Of a stretch of 64,000 bases of DNA, positions 1 through 12,467 are shown piece by piece. The DNA comes from an uncultured Candidatus Saccharibacteria bacterium (GTDB taxonomy: Bacteria; Patescibacteriota; Minisyncoccia; Phycocordibacterales; UBA2100), in the NCBI GenBank assembly GCA_964633425.1, contig CAZWFX010000004.1, forward strand, positions 18,517 through 82,516, in the 5' to 3' direction. The notes below the pieces were generated by a model. That model did no database searches and was not told the DNA's origin. It saw only the letters and a program-made list of their open reading frames with translations. A program made the translations under genes and the position numbers. The first letter of the stretch is position 1, and each line of letters begins with the position of its first letter.

Positions 1-1314
1 ATATGCGTTGAATACACGCTTGTACCCCGTCTCGCCGAATACATGTATTGCGTACTGGCACGATGTGAGCGACAACCCGGCCTGCGTGCACTGGCTCCCG
101 TACTGACTGGCGAACTGGTCCATCTTTGCATTCATGACCTGCGTCGAAATAGTCGGATCATTGCGGTACGCGCAGTTGGCGTATTCACTGTTGCCGGTCG
201 AATTCGCGTACGCTGACCACGTGCCGCACAGAAAGTGATACGGCCCCTGCACGGATGAAAGCGGGTTAGAGTTAATCTTTCCGCACTTACTTTCAGCGAA
301 CATAATATTGCCCGCAAGACCGTCTGTTCCGCACTGAATCGCAAGCCCGCCGGACTGCACTTTGTTCGGATCAAACGTATTCTCGTTGCGCTGCTCCTGC
401 TGTTGTCGATATATCTCGTTTGCCTTGTCCGTCGATATCTGCTCGGGCGGAGCCATTTGGGCGATATTTTTGATGACATCGTCATTGAGCTTCAGTTGTT
501 TCGCGATCTCGGTCGCACCCGCCGTGTCGTTCGTCAGCGACTTTTGCACCATCTCCTTTACCTTGTCGGGATTCGTCTCGACAAGCTCCTTTGCCTGATC
601 AGCCGGCACGCCGTATCGGTCACGCAGCATCTGCTGCAACGCCTCGTCGTTCGAGGGCGTCTTCGGTTCCTCGGCAACGCCGGTTCCGACGGGAGTCGGA
701 TTGGTCAGCGGTTTTTCTGAATCCGGTCGCGGGTCCGTTTGTGTCTGAAGATCAGTGAGCGCTGTCTCCATTGTCTTTTGGCCGTCTGTCGCACTCGATT
801 CGGTCGCCTGTTTCAGTCCGTTAAAAAATTTCCCGACCGCGCTGTACAGCGCGTTTTCGTCGCAGCGCGACTTGGTTACATTCTGATCAGGCACCTGAAA
901 CCCGTAGTATCTGGAATATACCTCCCTTGTTGCGATCTTAATAACGGGCTCGGTCTCTCCCTTTAAACACCCTCGTTTCGGGACTTGAGCGGGATCATTC
1001 GGCAATTTGTCTTTGAATTTACACTTGTCGATCGATGTCACTTCGACCTGTACGCCGTCGTTCAGCAGCGTCAGTGTCGCGGCGAGATCGAAACACGCAT
1101 TCGGGCACGAGATTGCAGTGTTAAGCCATTTTTCAGCCTCTGTCTGCGGGATCTTACTGTTAAACACCTGCCGTACCGTCGGTTGCGGCTCGGACGATGC
1201 ACCTTTCGGACACTTGATTGCAGAAAACGGGGGTCGAACAAGTGCGCTTGCCGAAAACGGCAGCATAAGCAGAACAGCACACAGAAAAAGTACACACGAG
1301 CGCATTACAGGCAT
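1..1314 (-). CDS. Secreted protein with C-terminal lytic-transglycosylase-like domain (partial; 3' end runs off window start)
   Basis: Absent from the ORF track because it has no stop in the window. My manual reverse translation from the ATG at 1314..1312 stays open to base 1. Signal peptide MPVMRSCVLFLCAVLLMLPFSASA. C-terminal ...GNIMFAESKCGK...GPYHFLCGTWSAYA... resembles the ES / G-x-x-Q-F / TW motifs of SLT-type transglycosylases. Confidence 0.6.
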   Translation of the reverse strand, partial: MPVMRSCVLFLCAVLLMLPFSASALVRPPFSAIKCPKGASSEPQPTVRQVFNSKIPQTEAEKWLNTAISCPNACFDLAATLTLLNDGVQVEVTSIDKCKFKDKLPNDPAQVPKRGCLKGETEPVIKIATREVYSRYYGFQVPDQNVTKSRCDENALYSAVGKFFNGLKQATESSATDGQKTMETALTDLQTQTDPRPDSEKPLTNPTPVGTGVAEEPKTPSNDEALQQMLRDRYGVPADQAKELVETNPDKVKEMVQKSLTNDTAGATEIAKQLKLNDDVIKNIAQMAPPEQISTDKANEIYRQQQEQRNENTFDPNKVQSGGLAIQCGTDGLAGNIMFAESKCGKINSNPLSSVQGPYHFLCGTWSAYANSTGNSEYANCAYRNDPTISTQVMNAKMDQFASQYGSQCTQAGLSLTSCQYAIHVFGETGYKRVFNAY

Positions 1315-1358
1315 TGTACCGTCGCAGCGGTTCATCTGATCCGCGCAATGTGGAGAAA

Positions 1359-2639
1359 CTATCGCCCGAATATATGCACGATCCGCTCGAGGAGCGAACG
1401 GAACGAGGTCAGCACCTTTATCATGAGCGTTTGCTCCCCGGTCGCTGCCTCAGCGTCAGGGCGCGGATCAACATGTACATCAGTGAATGTACTGACCGGA
1501 CGCTCAACTGCTGCGCGCACGTGCTCAGCAAAGACCGGTGTCGGCGTCGCTGTCTCCTGTGGCATTTCGTCGTTGTACTGCGAGATCGTCATAAGCGACA
1601 CATTTGATACATCGCCCGTCGGCTGAATCTGCGAACGAGCAAAGAGGGGCGGCGGCACCGTGTCAGACGAGGTGGGAACAACGAACAAATCAAACAATGA
1701 TTGGGCAACCACCTGAAGCGAGCGTATTCCCGACGTCGCGCTCGATTCCCGAAACAGGGACGACAGGATCGAATTTGTTGCACTCGGGACGGTGATCACA
1801 TTCGGCTGCGGAGTGACCGTCAAGACGGGACTGTTCGGATACGAAAGATCGGACTGGTAATTTGCGGGAGTTGCTCCGGTATTGGGGATAGGCTGGCTTG
1901 GGGAGAGCGGCTGTGAAGTCTGCACCGATTGCGGCTGAGGTTGAGATGTCGGCGCATAGGATTGCGCGGGAGGCTGCGTCAAAAGTTTTGTGAGCGGGTT
2001 ATCCGGCGTATCGCTCCGAGCAGGCAGTGCGGTTGCGGGGATAGGCGTCCCCGTCTCCCGAACCTGTCCGCCGCAGGCCTGTACCGGATTCTGTGTCTGA
2101 CCGCTCGGCAATCCAGCGAGCTGCGTCCAGTCCTTCGGTGCACGGTTCGGATTTTTGGTTATATATGAATTCGCGAATGATCCGTCATAGCCGGTAAAAT
2201 TACCGACCGCAATATCCATTTTGTCGGTGCGAGCCTTTCCGTCACAGAACTGCGCCAAAAAAGCGCACGAGCACGTTCCGTTGAACGCGCATCCGGTGTC
2301 ATGTACGTATCCGACTACGTTTTCCAGCGTATGAGTTTTACCGTCGCCGCCGTTTGTAGGGGGCGATGTGTACGTTACGGTACCGATGCAGTAGTAGCGG
2401 CCCTTCATGACACTTGCCGACGCAAGCGTCACGTATTTGGACTTGCCGGTACGCACGTCGTCGAGTGTCCTAATCACGTTGGTACCTTCAAGATTATTGG
2501 TCGCTGCCGACATACTGCCCTGCATCTTGCCGCCGGCGCCCGGTCCATAGAAGGTCCAATTGATGGCATGTGCTGCTTCCGCGCTCCTGGACATGAGAAA
2601 CACTCCAAGCACGACCGTGTACAAAATGATCCGCGGCAT
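1359..2639 (-). CDS. Secreted protein with 3D/DPBB-like domain and P/Q/S/T-rich linker
   Basis: 426-aa ORF with signal peptide MPRIILYTVVLGVFLMSRSAEA. VGYVHDTGCAFNG...DKMDIAVGNF resembles 3D-domain (MltA-like) motifs. Low-complexity run QPPAQSYAPTSQPQPQSVQTSQPLSPSQP. Confidence 0.55.
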   Translation of the reverse strand: MPRIILYTVVLGVFLMSRSAEAAHAINWTFYGPGAGGKMQGSMSAATNNLEGTNVIRTLDDVRTGKSKYVTLASASVMKGRYYCIGTVTYTSPPTNGGDGKTHTLENVVGYVHDTGCAFNGTCSCAFLAQFCDGKARTDKMDIAVGNFTGYDGSFANSYITKNPNRAPKDWTQLAGLPSGQTQNPVQACGGQVRETGTPIPATALPARSDTPDNPLTKLLTQPPAQSYAPTSQPQPQSVQTSQPLSPSQPIPNTGATPANYQSDLSYPNSPVLTVTPQPNVITVPSATNSILSSLFRESSATSGIRSLQVVAQSLFDLFVVPTSSDTVPPPLFARSQIQPTGDVSNVSLMTISQYNDEMPQETATPTPVFAEHVRAAVERPVSTFTDVHVDPRPDAEAATGEQTLMIKVLTSFRSLLERIVHIFGR

Positions 2640-2691
2640 TGCGGGTCATTGTAGCGTCTTTACGAGAAGTGGAGCTCTGCCGCTGTGGAGA

Positions 2692-2940
2692 TTACAACAG
2701 AACGACAACGCGGTTATTCGCGCATTCAAGCACGCCGCTTTCTACGTCGAACGCGTGAGCCTCGCCCTGCTGATCCTTGACCGAGATCGTACCGGATTTG
2801 AGCGTCGTAACGATCGCTTCGTGATGTGGAAGTAGCTGCATTTCACCCGCTGCACCCGGCACCGTGACAGACTGCGCGCGGCTATCAAAGAGTGTTTTGC
2901 CCACGCTCGCGACGACAAGATGGAAGGTGTTCTCCGCCAT
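2692..2940 (-). CDS. atpC: F1 ATP synthase subunit epsilon, beta-sandwich domain only (82 aa)
   Basis: Starts 9 nt downstream of atpD, in the operon position expected for atpC. Epsilon-like VTVPGAAGEMQLLPHHEAIVTTLKSGTISV. No C-terminal helical hairpin. Confidence 0.8.
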   Translation of the reverse strand: MAENTFHLVVASVGKTLFDSRAQSVTVPGAAGEMQLLPHHEAIVTTLKSGTISVKDQQGEAHAFDVESGVLECANNRVVVLL

Positions 2941-2949
2941 ACGCGCGCC

Positions 2950-4761
<1,812 letters not shown>

Positions 4762-4765
<4 letters not shown>

Positions 4766-5361
4766 ACGAATTCGGCCGCGAGAATTTCTTTTGCTTTTCT
4801 GAGCGCCCGACCGCGATGACTCACGCTGTCGATCTCGGCATCGGTCATTACACCGAATGCTTTTCCGAGATCGCGCGAGATAAACAACTGATCGTAGCCG
4901 AACCCATTTTCTCCGTGCGGCTCGGTTGCGAGCACGCCTTCGGTCACACCGTATGCAAAACGAACTTTGTCCGTTGTCGGATCGTACATCGCTATCACAT
5001 CGCGGTAGCGACATGTCCGCTTTTCAGTCGGCACATCTTTCATCAGATCCAGTAATTGCGCGACCTTTTCAGCGCGAGTTCCTTCAAAATAGTGCGCCGT
5101 CTGGACTCCCATCGCCTCGGGAAAGGCATCAAGTTCGAGACCTGAGTCGTCTGCAACCGCAAGCAGGTTTGTGTGTTTGCCGTACACAAATGCCTTAATA
5201 ATTGCGTGTGCTTCGTAGGTCGTTCCCGGTTCTTCCACGTCGAGTCCGGCAAGTTCAGGAAAATCATTGAGGGTTTTGAACGTGAACGGTGCACCCTTGA
5301 GACCCTCCATAAGGCCGGGAATCTTCCCCTTGTTTCCGGTTGCCAACAGTAGCTCACGCAT
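4762..5361 (-). CDS. rdgB: Non-canonical purine NTP pyrophosphatase (RdgB/HAM1 family)
   Basis: Trimmed to MRELLLATGNKGK. Motifs ATGNKGK, ADDSGLELDA and SHRGRAL are typical of dITP/XTP pyrophosphatases. Confidence 0.85.
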
Positions 5362-5371
5362 AGGCACGATA

Positions 5372-5704
5372 TTACAGCGAGTTCGGATCGATCGCGAATC
5401 CGTGTTTTCGTGCGATCGCAGCAAATGACTCCGCACGAGACCTGATAACTGCGTTGTATTCGGATAACTCTCTTTGGTCTCGCAGTTCCTGCTGCATATG
5501 CTCCCTCGAACTTCTGAACAACATCTCCATGTCCGACGACATGTGATTTTGGATATCGTCCTCGTACTGGGCAGGCGTCGGCGCTTCGGAAAGTGTGTTC
5601 AGCACGCCCTTCATGTGGTCGCTTACGTAGTCAGCGGCATCGAGCGTGTCGTGCATTTCTTTGTAGGCATTTTTTTGAGCAGCTGCGCGATCTTCAAAGG
5701 TCAT
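5372..5704 (-). CDS. Hypothetical protein (110 aa, acidic/helical)
   Basis: Clean ORF wedged between rdgB and the second NUDIX gene, with gaps of a few nt. No recognisable motif. Confidence 0.5.
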   Translation of the reverse strand: MTFEDRAAAQKNAYKEMHDTLDAADYVSDHMKGVLNTLSEAPTPAQYEDDIQNHMSSDMEMLFRSSREHMQQELRDQRELSEYNAVIRSRAESFAAIARKHGFAIDPNSL

Positions 5705-5707
5705 GTG

Positions 5708-6154
5708 TTATTTGTTATCAAATCCGTAATTGCTGAACGGAATACCCGTTCGGATGCACCGTAACGCCTGCGCGATGTACGGAATTGTGTTCGCTGGCAG
5801 ATCATCTTCGGCGTAAAACCATAGATCTGAACATTTTTCCGGCTCCTTGTTCGAAAGCTCGCCCTCCCATTCCTCTGCTTCGATGTACACGTCGAAGTAG
5901 GTACGGTCTGGGAACTGACGCTGCATTACGTGCACGATCTTGAGCTCACTGTTCGAAAGATCGAGATTCGCTTCCTCAAACACTTCGCGGATCAATGCTT
6001 GCTCTGCGGTCTCTCCGCGCTCGATATGGCCGGAGACGAGTCCGTAGTTTCCGTCCTCGTGACCGGTATTCTGACGCTGGGAAAGCAAAACAGTATTTCC
6101 GTCTCCACGAAGTACCAGAAACGAGGCTCCGTGGAACAGAAATTTGTCGCTCAT
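5708..6154 (-). CDS. NUDIX hydrolase
   Basis: 148 aa. Nudix box GHIERGETAEQALIREVFEEANL. Starts 2 nt after the atpG stop. Confidence 0.85.
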   Translation of the reverse strand: MSDKFLFHGASFLVLRGDGNTVLLSQRQNTGHEDGNYGLVSGHIERGETAEQALIREVFEEANLDLSNSELKIVHVMQRQFPDRTYFDVYIEAEEWEGELSNKEPEKCSDLWFYAEDDLPANTIPYIAQALRCIRTGIPFSNYGFDNK

Positions 6155-6156
6155 GG

Positions 6157-7071
6157 TTATCGCATCGCTTCCATGCCGGAAGTAATCTCCGACACCTCGC
6201 GCGTAATCGCGGCCTGACGCACTTTGTTGAACGTGCGTGTAAGGTTATGCGCCATCTCCTTCGATTTATCGGTCGCGCTTTTCATTGCGACCATGCGGGC
6301 CGAATGTTCGGACGCCTTGCTTTCAAGGAGCGCATGATACACGGCAATGTTCAAAAGCTTCGGAAGCAATACCGAGAGCACCGCATCGGCATCGGGTTCG
6401 ATTGTGTATGAGGTGGGAGGAAGCGACGGCTCACCTGACGGCGCATATTTGCCGCGTGCCGGGCGGATGCCCGCGACGGTTTCGCGCATGATTGCTTGCG
6501 TTACCGGAATAATCTGGCGCGAGGTCGGTTCCTGCTCAAAGGTTGTTACGAAATTCTGGTACGCAACGATCGCGGTGCCGATCTCGCCGCTCTCGTGCCA
6601 CGACAAAATAAGATCAGTCACTTCTCGCATCTCCGACTCAGTTACTTCGTCGCTCTTGTTGAGCTGACGAATGCGGACGTCGTAACCGCGCGAGGCAAAG
6701 TGATCGCCGCCGCGTCGGCCGATGCACGCAAGAACCACATCGCTCTTGGACAAGCTGCGCATCTTGATCTCGTCTTCTACCTTGCGAATGACCGCACTGT
6801 TCACGGAACCCGCAAGTCCCTTATCAGAGGTAATGACAATGAACGCCGTCTTGCCGGCTCGCGGCGCCATAAGCGGATGGCGCGACATATCTGCTGTTCC
6901 GGAAACGCGTTCGAGCACCGTGAGTGCAGCAGCCGCGTACGAGCGCCCTGAAAGCGCGCGCTCCTGCGCCTTGCGCATCTTTACGGCAGAAACAGCCTCC
7001 ATCGCGTGAGTTACTGTTCCCGTCTTTTTGTACGAGATGATCTTGGATTTGATTGCTTTAAGATTCGCCAT
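6157..7071 (-). CDS. atpG: F1 ATP synthase subunit gamma
   Basis: 304 aa. N-terminal MANLKAIKSKI and C-terminal RQAAITREVSEITSGMEA are typical of the gamma coiled-coil ends. Confidence 0.95.
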   Translation of the reverse strand: MANLKAIKSKIISYKKTGTVTHAMEAVSAVKMRKAQERALSGRSYAAAALTVLERVSGTADMSRHPLMAPRAGKTAFIVITSDKGLAGSVNSAVIRKVEDEIKMRSLSKSDVVLACIGRRGGDHFASRGYDVRIRQLNKSDEVTESEMREVTDLILSWHESGEIGTAIVAYQNFVTTFEQEPTSRQIIPVTQAIMRETVAGIRPARGKYAPSGEPSLPPTSYTIEPDADAVLSVLLPKLLNIAVYHALLESKASEHSARMVAMKSATDKSKEMAHNLTRTFNKVRQAAITREVSEITSGMEAMR

Positions 7072-7095
7072 GAGAGATGTGGCGGAACCTCTCTA

Positions 7096-8661
7096 CTAGA
7101 GCGTAAAGAGTTCCGGATGTGCGAGCTTGAATTCCTCTGCCGCCTTGAGGATAGATGCCATCGATTCGTCGGAGAGAACGCCGGTAGTCTTGATGTCGTT
7201 GAGTACGCTCGAGTACTGACCGTCGAGGAAATCGACGAACAATCGCTCAATCTCAACAACCTTGTTAACCGGGGCCGCATTCAACATGCCCTTGTTCGCG
7301 GCAAAGATCATTGCGACCTGGCGCTCGAATGCGATCGGATGGCCGTTTTTCTGCTTCAAGACTTCAACCATGCGCTGACCCGATGCGATTCGATCTGCAG
7401 TTGCTTTGTCGAGGTCGGACGCGAACTGCATGAACGCTTCGAGTTCGCGGAACTGTGCAAGTTCAAGCTTCAAGCCGCCTGCGACTTTCTTCATTGCCTT
7501 GGTCTGTGCATCACCTCCCACGCGCGAGACCGAGATACCCACGTCGATTGCCGGTCGGATACCCTTGTTGAACAGGTCTGCAATGAGGAACATCTGACCG
7601 TCGGTAATGGAGATCACGTTTGTCGGGATGTAGCCGGAGACGTCGCCTTCCTGCGTTTCGATGATCGGAAGCGCCGTAATAGAACCGCCGCCCTTTTCAT
7701 CGGAGAGGCGCGCAGCGCGCTCGAGCAATCGGGAGTGGAGGTAAAAGATGTCGCCCGGGTATGCTTCGCGTCCCGGCGGTCGTCGGAGCAAAAGAGAAAG
7801 CTCGCGGTACGCAACAGCCTGCTTGGAAAGATCGTCGTAGACGATCAGCACGTCCTTTCCCTTGTCCATGAAGTATTCACCGATCGCGACACCTGAGAAC
7901 GGCGACAGATACTGCAATGCCGCAGGAGCCGAGGCCGGCGCATCCACGATGATCGTGTATTCAAGAGCGCCCGCTTCGCGGAGCTGCTGCATGATACGTG
8001 CGGTCTTTGATTCCTTTTGACCGATCGCGACATAGATACAGATCGGGCGCTTTCCTTCCGGTTCGTTCTTTTGGTTGATGATGGCATCGATCGCAACGGT
8101 CGTCTTGCCGGTACCGCGGTCACCGATGATGAGTTCGCGCTGACCACGACCGATCGGAATAAGTGCATCGATAGCCTTGATACCGGTCTGGAGCGGAACC
8201 GACACGTGCTTTCGGTCGATAACGCCATATGCCTCACGCTCAACGGGCATCATGGTCACATCCTTGAACGGACCTTTGCCGTCGATCGGCTCGCCGAGCG
8301 CATTGACCACGCGACCGAGCAGCGATTCACCCGACGGAACAGCAAGCACCTTTCCCGTTGACTTGACCGTCATACCTTCGGAAACTCGCGACGTGTCGCC
8401 CAAGATGGTTGCGCGCACGCCGTCCTCTTCGAGGTTGAGAATCAGTCCGTAGAGTTCGGACTGTTCACCCACCGCGTCCTTGAGGTGCTTTCCCTTCTCT
8501 TCATCGAAGAGAATGATCTCCGACATCACAGACTTCGAAAGTCCGTCGATCGCGACGACGCCGTCGCCGACCGAAACCACACGGCCGACGTGTTCGCTGT
8601 GCGACTTCGGCGCGATGTGCTCGATCTCTTTGATGATCTTCTGTACCGTTGATTGATCCAT
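7096..8661 (-). CDS. atpA: F1 ATP synthase subunit alpha
   Basis: 521 aa. Walker A GDRGTGKT; typical F1-alpha sequence. Confidence 0.97.
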   Translation of the reverse strand: MDQSTVQKIIKEIEHIAPKSHSEHVGRVVSVGDGVVAIDGLSKSVMSEIILFDEEKGKHLKDAVGEQSELYGLILNLEEDGVRATILGDTSRVSEGMTVKSTGKVLAVPSGESLLGRVVNALGEPIDGKGPFKDVTMMPVEREAYGVIDRKHVSVPLQTGIKAIDALIPIGRGQRELIIGDRGTGKTTVAIDAIINQKNEPEGKRPICIYVAIGQKESKTARIMQQLREAGALEYTIIVDAPASAPAALQYLSPFSGVAIGEYFMDKGKDVLIVYDDLSKQAVAYRELSLLLRRPPGREAYPGDIFYLHSRLLERAARLSDEKGGGSITALPIIETQEGDVSGYIPTNVISITDGQMFLIADLFNKGIRPAIDVGISVSRVGGDAQTKAMKKVAGGLKLELAQFRELEAFMQFASDLDKATADRIASGQRMVEVLKQKNGHPIAFERQVAMIFAANKGMLNAAPVNKVVEIERLFVDFLDGQYSSVLNDIKTTGVLSDESMASILKAAEEFKLAHPELFTL

Positions 8662-8678
8662 AGTAATTGTGTGCTGAC

Positions 8679-9068
8679 TTATGCGCGCGTGACGCCGTTG
8701 TAAATATCAAGTAATCCCTTCTTATACGAAGCGTCCACGAGCCTCTCGTTACCCTCGAGGCGCCAACCGCCGATTAATGTATCGTCGACTTGCGTCTTGA
8801 GGTCCTCGACATCGATGCCCATTTCACTCGTGTACGCCTTTACCTCCTTTTTTGCGTGTGCAAGATCGCTTTCGCGCGCGACGCTCAGCGTGTAATCACG
8901 CTTGCGGGATTCGCGCTCGGCGATACGTGCAAAAGCACTCCCTACCCGCGGCATAAGTGTGCCGCGGCCTTCCTTCTCCAGACGCGCGTGTATCGCATGC
9001 ACCGCCTCCTTTACACCCATGCCGTTGGACACGAGTTGCCAGAGCGCCTGTGCATAGATTTTCTCCAT
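8679..9068 (-). CDS. atpH: F1 ATP synthase subunit delta (OSCP), short form (129 aa)
   Basis: Lies between atpF and atpA. C-terminal [27 protein letters not shown] fits the delta C-terminal pattern. Confidence 0.75.
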   Translation of the reverse strand: MEKIYAQALWQLVSNGMGVKEAVHAIHARLEKEGRGTLMPRVGSAFARIAERESRKRDYTLSVARESDLAHAKKEVKAYTSEMGIDVEDLKTQVDDTLIGGWRLEGNERLVDASYKKGLLDIYNGVTRA

Positions 9069-9077
9069 ACGCGTCTG

Positions 9078-9524
9078 TTATGCCTCCTTGCGAAGGATCT
9101 TTTCTGCGGCCAAGACCGCAGCGCGGGTAATTTCTTTCTCGCTCTCCATGAGCGCCTGTCGCTTCGCCTCTTCGGCGCGCGCAGTCGCGTCCTTCATCAG
9201 CGCGTGCGCTTTGGCCTCTGCCTCGCGCACGATCTCCTGACCCCGCTCATCCGCTCGCGACCGTGCCGCCGCAACGAGCCCTTCGGCTTCGCGCGCAGCT
9301 GTGCCGACGATACCCTCACCCTGCTTTTTTGAATCCGCGAGCACGCGATCCGCCTCTTGTGCGGAACGAACGCCTTCGGCAACCATTTCCCGTCGTTTCG
9401 CGATCATGTTCATGACCGGCGTATACAAGAAATAGGTCAGGCCCGTGAGCAGCACGGTAAAATTCACCGCCTGAATGACCAGGAGGCGCCAATCCAAACC
9501 GAACGCTGTTACAAGACCTTCCAT
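9078..9524 (-). CDS. atpF: Fo ATP synthase subunit b
   Basis: 148 aa. One N-terminal TM helix followed by a long charged helix (AREAEGLVAAARSRADERGQEIVREAEAKAHALM). Confidence 0.8.
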   Translation of the reverse strand: MEGLVTAFGLDWRLLVIQAVNFTVLLTGLTYFLYTPVMNMIAKRREMVAEGVRSAQEADRVLADSKKQGEGIVGTAAREAEGLVAAARSRADERGQEIVREAEAKAHALMKDATARAEEAKRQALMESEKEITRAAVLAAEKILRKEA

Positions 9525-9535
9525 GCAGGGTGAGA

Positions 9536-9781
<246 letters not shown>

Positions 9782-9844
9782 CTACTAAATTTTGGCTCAC
9801 TTTATCACAGAGCCGCACGGACGCACGCACCTGCTGATACACAG

Positions 9845-10636
9845 CTAGTGCTCGCTCCCGTGCGGTTCGGCGATCGCCATTTTGACGAAAAACAGCGTCA
9901 GAAGCGCGAACACGGCTCCTTGCACGATACCGACAAACATCTCGAACGCCATAAGCGGCGCCGGCAAGAAGTACGGTACGAAAAAGGACACGACGGCGAT
10001 CAGCACCTCGCCCGCAAAAATGTTGCCGAACAATCGGAACGAGAACGATACAAATCGCGAGAGCTCGGAGACAAGCTCGATGAGACCGACCACAAAATTG
10101 ATCGGTGACGAGAAATTGATGAACTTCCCCGCATAGCGGAATATGCCGAGCGCAAAGATGCCGGCGAATTCGATCGCAAACATAACAATGAACGTAAGCG
10201 CGAGCGTTACGTTGAGATCGGTGTTCATGCTGCGCAAAAGCGGAGCGGTCTCACCGTTGTGAGTGATTGTGAACGAACCGACGCCCGGCATAAATTCGAG
10301 CAAATTTGCGAGCGCAATAAAGAGGAACAACGTGAGCAAAAGCGGAAAAATGCGACGAGCCCAGGTGGAATCCTCGAGCGTGGTTTCGATGAAATCGTAT
10401 ACGTAACCGAAGAGCAGCTCCACGAACGTTTGGAACTTACCGGGAATGAGCGAAAGCTTTGAGCGGACAACGATTGCAAATATAAAGAGGAGCACCATGA
10501 CGATCCAGCTCATGAGCAGCGTGTTGGTGAGCGGAATACCGAAAATTGTCCCGATCTGTTCGGCTGAAAGCGCTACGTGAATGCCGCTCGTGTGAGCGGC
10601 CTCCGCTGCGTGTTCGACTACGGCTGATTCCTGCAT
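9845..10636 (-). CDS. atpB: Fo ATP synthase subunit a
   Basis: 263 aa, polytopic. FSFRLFGNIFAGE contains the conserved Arg motif of subunit a. Confidence 0.9.
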   Translation of the reverse strand: MQESAVVEHAAEAAHTSGIHVALSAEQIGTIFGIPLTNTLLMSWIVMVLLFIFAIVVRSKLSLIPGKFQTFVELLFGYVYDFIETTLEDSTWARRIFPLLLTLFLFIALANLLEFMPGVGSFTITHNGETAPLLRSMNTDLNVTLALTFIVMFAIEFAGIFALGIFRYAGKFINFSSPINFVVGLIELVSELSRFVSFSFRLFGNIFAGEVLIAVVSFFVPYFLPAPLMAFEMFVGIVQGAVFALLTLFFVKMAIAEPHGSEH

Positions 10637-10809
10637 AACGCGCGTACTCTAACACGAATTTACGGCAATTTCATGTGGCCAGCTGTCAAAAAACGGCTTA
10701 AAACGAGTCGAATACGAGGCACGAAGAAAGCCCCGTCTCGAGCCGTACTGAACGTACGGCAAGAGTGGGGCTGCGCTTCGTAACGAAGTAGTCGGCCGTT
10801 TTCAGGTGT

Positions 10810-11439
10810 TTAGCTACTCTTTTTGGGAGGCAGAAGGACATTGTCGATAACAATGACCACTCCATTGGTTCCCTCGTACTGCGTGACCACGATCGCACTG
10901 TTCACCATAGGGATTTTTGTCGGGCCGTAGCTGAAGTTGAGCACGTCGCGCGACAGCGCCTCGATAGAGCCTGCTGTCATCTGATCCGGATCAACTGCCC
11001 GGCCGGATACAACGTGATACTGGATGAGGCGCTTCTTCTCTGCCGCACTCATGCCACTGATCGTCCCGGGAGGCAGCTGTGCGAATGCTCCGTTTGTCGG
11101 AACGAATATGGTGTATTTCGAGGTCGACTTGGGGCTGATCGTCGCCGCAACACCAGTGGAGCGGAAGTACCCGTTGAACGTCGAGCCCGTCGAGAGACCG
11201 CGGACGATGGTTGCGACGTCCTGATTTTTCTTAGCCGTGTCCTTTTTGACAGTCACGGTTCCCTTCGTGGTCGTGGTAACGGTAGGAGCCGACGTGGTAG
11301 CCGTGGCTTCCTCGGTGGTCGTGCTGCCCATTTGCGAGAGGCCGCCGAGCGGGCGGTTGGCGGCGAGCCACCACAACACGAGGGCGGCAACGACGATAAG
11401 TGATACAACACCTACCCAAATGCCCTTATTTTGATTCAT
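10810..11439 (-). CDS. Membrane-anchored fasciclin (FAS1) domain protein
   Basis: N-terminal TM helix and Thr-rich linker. TIFVPTNGAFAQLP and GVVIVIDNVLLP match FAS1 conserved blocks. Confidence 0.8.
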   Translation of the reverse strand: MNQNKGIWVGVVSLIVVAALVLWWLAANRPLGGLSQMGSTTTEEATATTSAPTVTTTTKGTVTVKKDTAKKNQDVATIVRGLSTGSTFNGYFRSTGVAATISPKSTSKYTIFVPTNGAFAQLPPGTISGMSAAEKKRLIQYHVVSGRAVDPDQMTAGSIEALSRDVLNFSYGPTKIPMVNSAIVVTQYEGTNGVVIVIDNVLLPPKKSS

Positions 11440-11507
11440 AATTTCGGAATTACATTAATGGTGATCGTAAAAAATCCGATCCTACATCGGACTGTCATGA
11501 AGACGCT

Positions 11508-12392
11508 TTAATTGTAGCGTTCTTTCATAAACGCCGCTATGAGACCCGCGGCGCGGGTCTCGCCGCCGTGAAAGCTATGCACAACATCCGGAATGACCAC
11601 AACTTCACCGGTGTAGATGTGTTCTATGAACCAATCGTGCAGCGCTGCCGCTGAGCGATCAGCGTATTCATCGTGCTCGGCAAGCACTACAAGGATCGGC
11701 ACACGGATTCCGCGAAGCGTGTTCGGTTTAGTCGACTCGCTCCAGTACGGAAAGATCTCTTCGTTCCCCCGTTTGGAATACAGACTTATAAATCGTTGCG
11801 CATCGATCATTGACGGCCACATGTGATCCGGCAGGAGGTTGTGTTTCTTTTTAGCCGCGACAAGCTTCTGCGCTGCGGCAAGCGCTTTATTGATGGCTGT
11901 GTCCCCCACTTCCTTTTTCATACCGGCATAGTCGCTGATCGGCGCGAGCAGAATGATGCCGTTCACACCGGCGCTTTTTCGTTTATGTGCCCAATACACG
12001 GATTTTTGGCAACCCGTCGAGTGGCCCGCAAGAAATATTTCTTTCGCCCCGTGTTTGCGTGCGAACTGCACAGCCCCGTCGATGTCATCCACGCAGTCCT
12101 CGAACACCTCGTGCACAGAACCCGCGGTGAATGTTGTGTAGCCTTTTTTGGTCTTCGGGGCGGCCTTGTACATCTTGCTGATAAGACCATGACCGCGGTT
12201 ATTAAATGAGAGCACTGCCGTTTCTTCGTTGGTGAGTACGGCTGCGAATTCACTGGCGACGGCGTTCAGCATGTTGCCGCCAAGACCATGCACGAGGATA
12301 ACGACGCGTTTCGCCTTTTTGGGGCCATACCAGACGCCGTTGAGCTTAACGAGTTTCGGAGTAAGAATCTGTGCGAGATGTACGGGTTGCAT
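11508..12392 (-). CDS. Alpha/beta hydrolase
   Basis: 294 aa. VILVHGLGGN oxyanion region and GHSTGCQ nucleophile elbow. Confidence 0.7.
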   Translation of the reverse strand: MQPVHLAQILTPKLVKLNGVWYGPKKAKRVVILVHGLGGNMLNAVASEFAAVLTNEETAVLSFNNRGHGLISKMYKAAPKTKKGYTTFTAGSVHEVFEDCVDDIDGAVQFARKHGAKEIFLAGHSTGCQKSVYWAHKRKSAGVNGIILLAPISDYAGMKKEVGDTAINKALAAAQKLVAAKKKHNLLPDHMWPSMIDAQRFISLYSKRGNEEIFPYWSESTKPNTLRGIRVPILVVLAEHDEYADRSAAALHDWFIEHIYTGEVVVIPDVVHSFHGGETRAAGLIAAFMKERYN

Positions 12393-12467
12393 AGCACCAC
12401 TTTTGCACGGACGGCCTGTAATGCAAAACGGCTCCCGTGGGGAGCCGTTTATGCGGATGTGTCGTAT

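Noticed and set aside
7006-7896. 296-aa plus-strand ORF
   Set aside because: Lies entirely antisense to atpA/atpG, which are unambiguous. Its Arg/Leu/Asp-rich composition is typical of the antisense frame of GC-rich genes.
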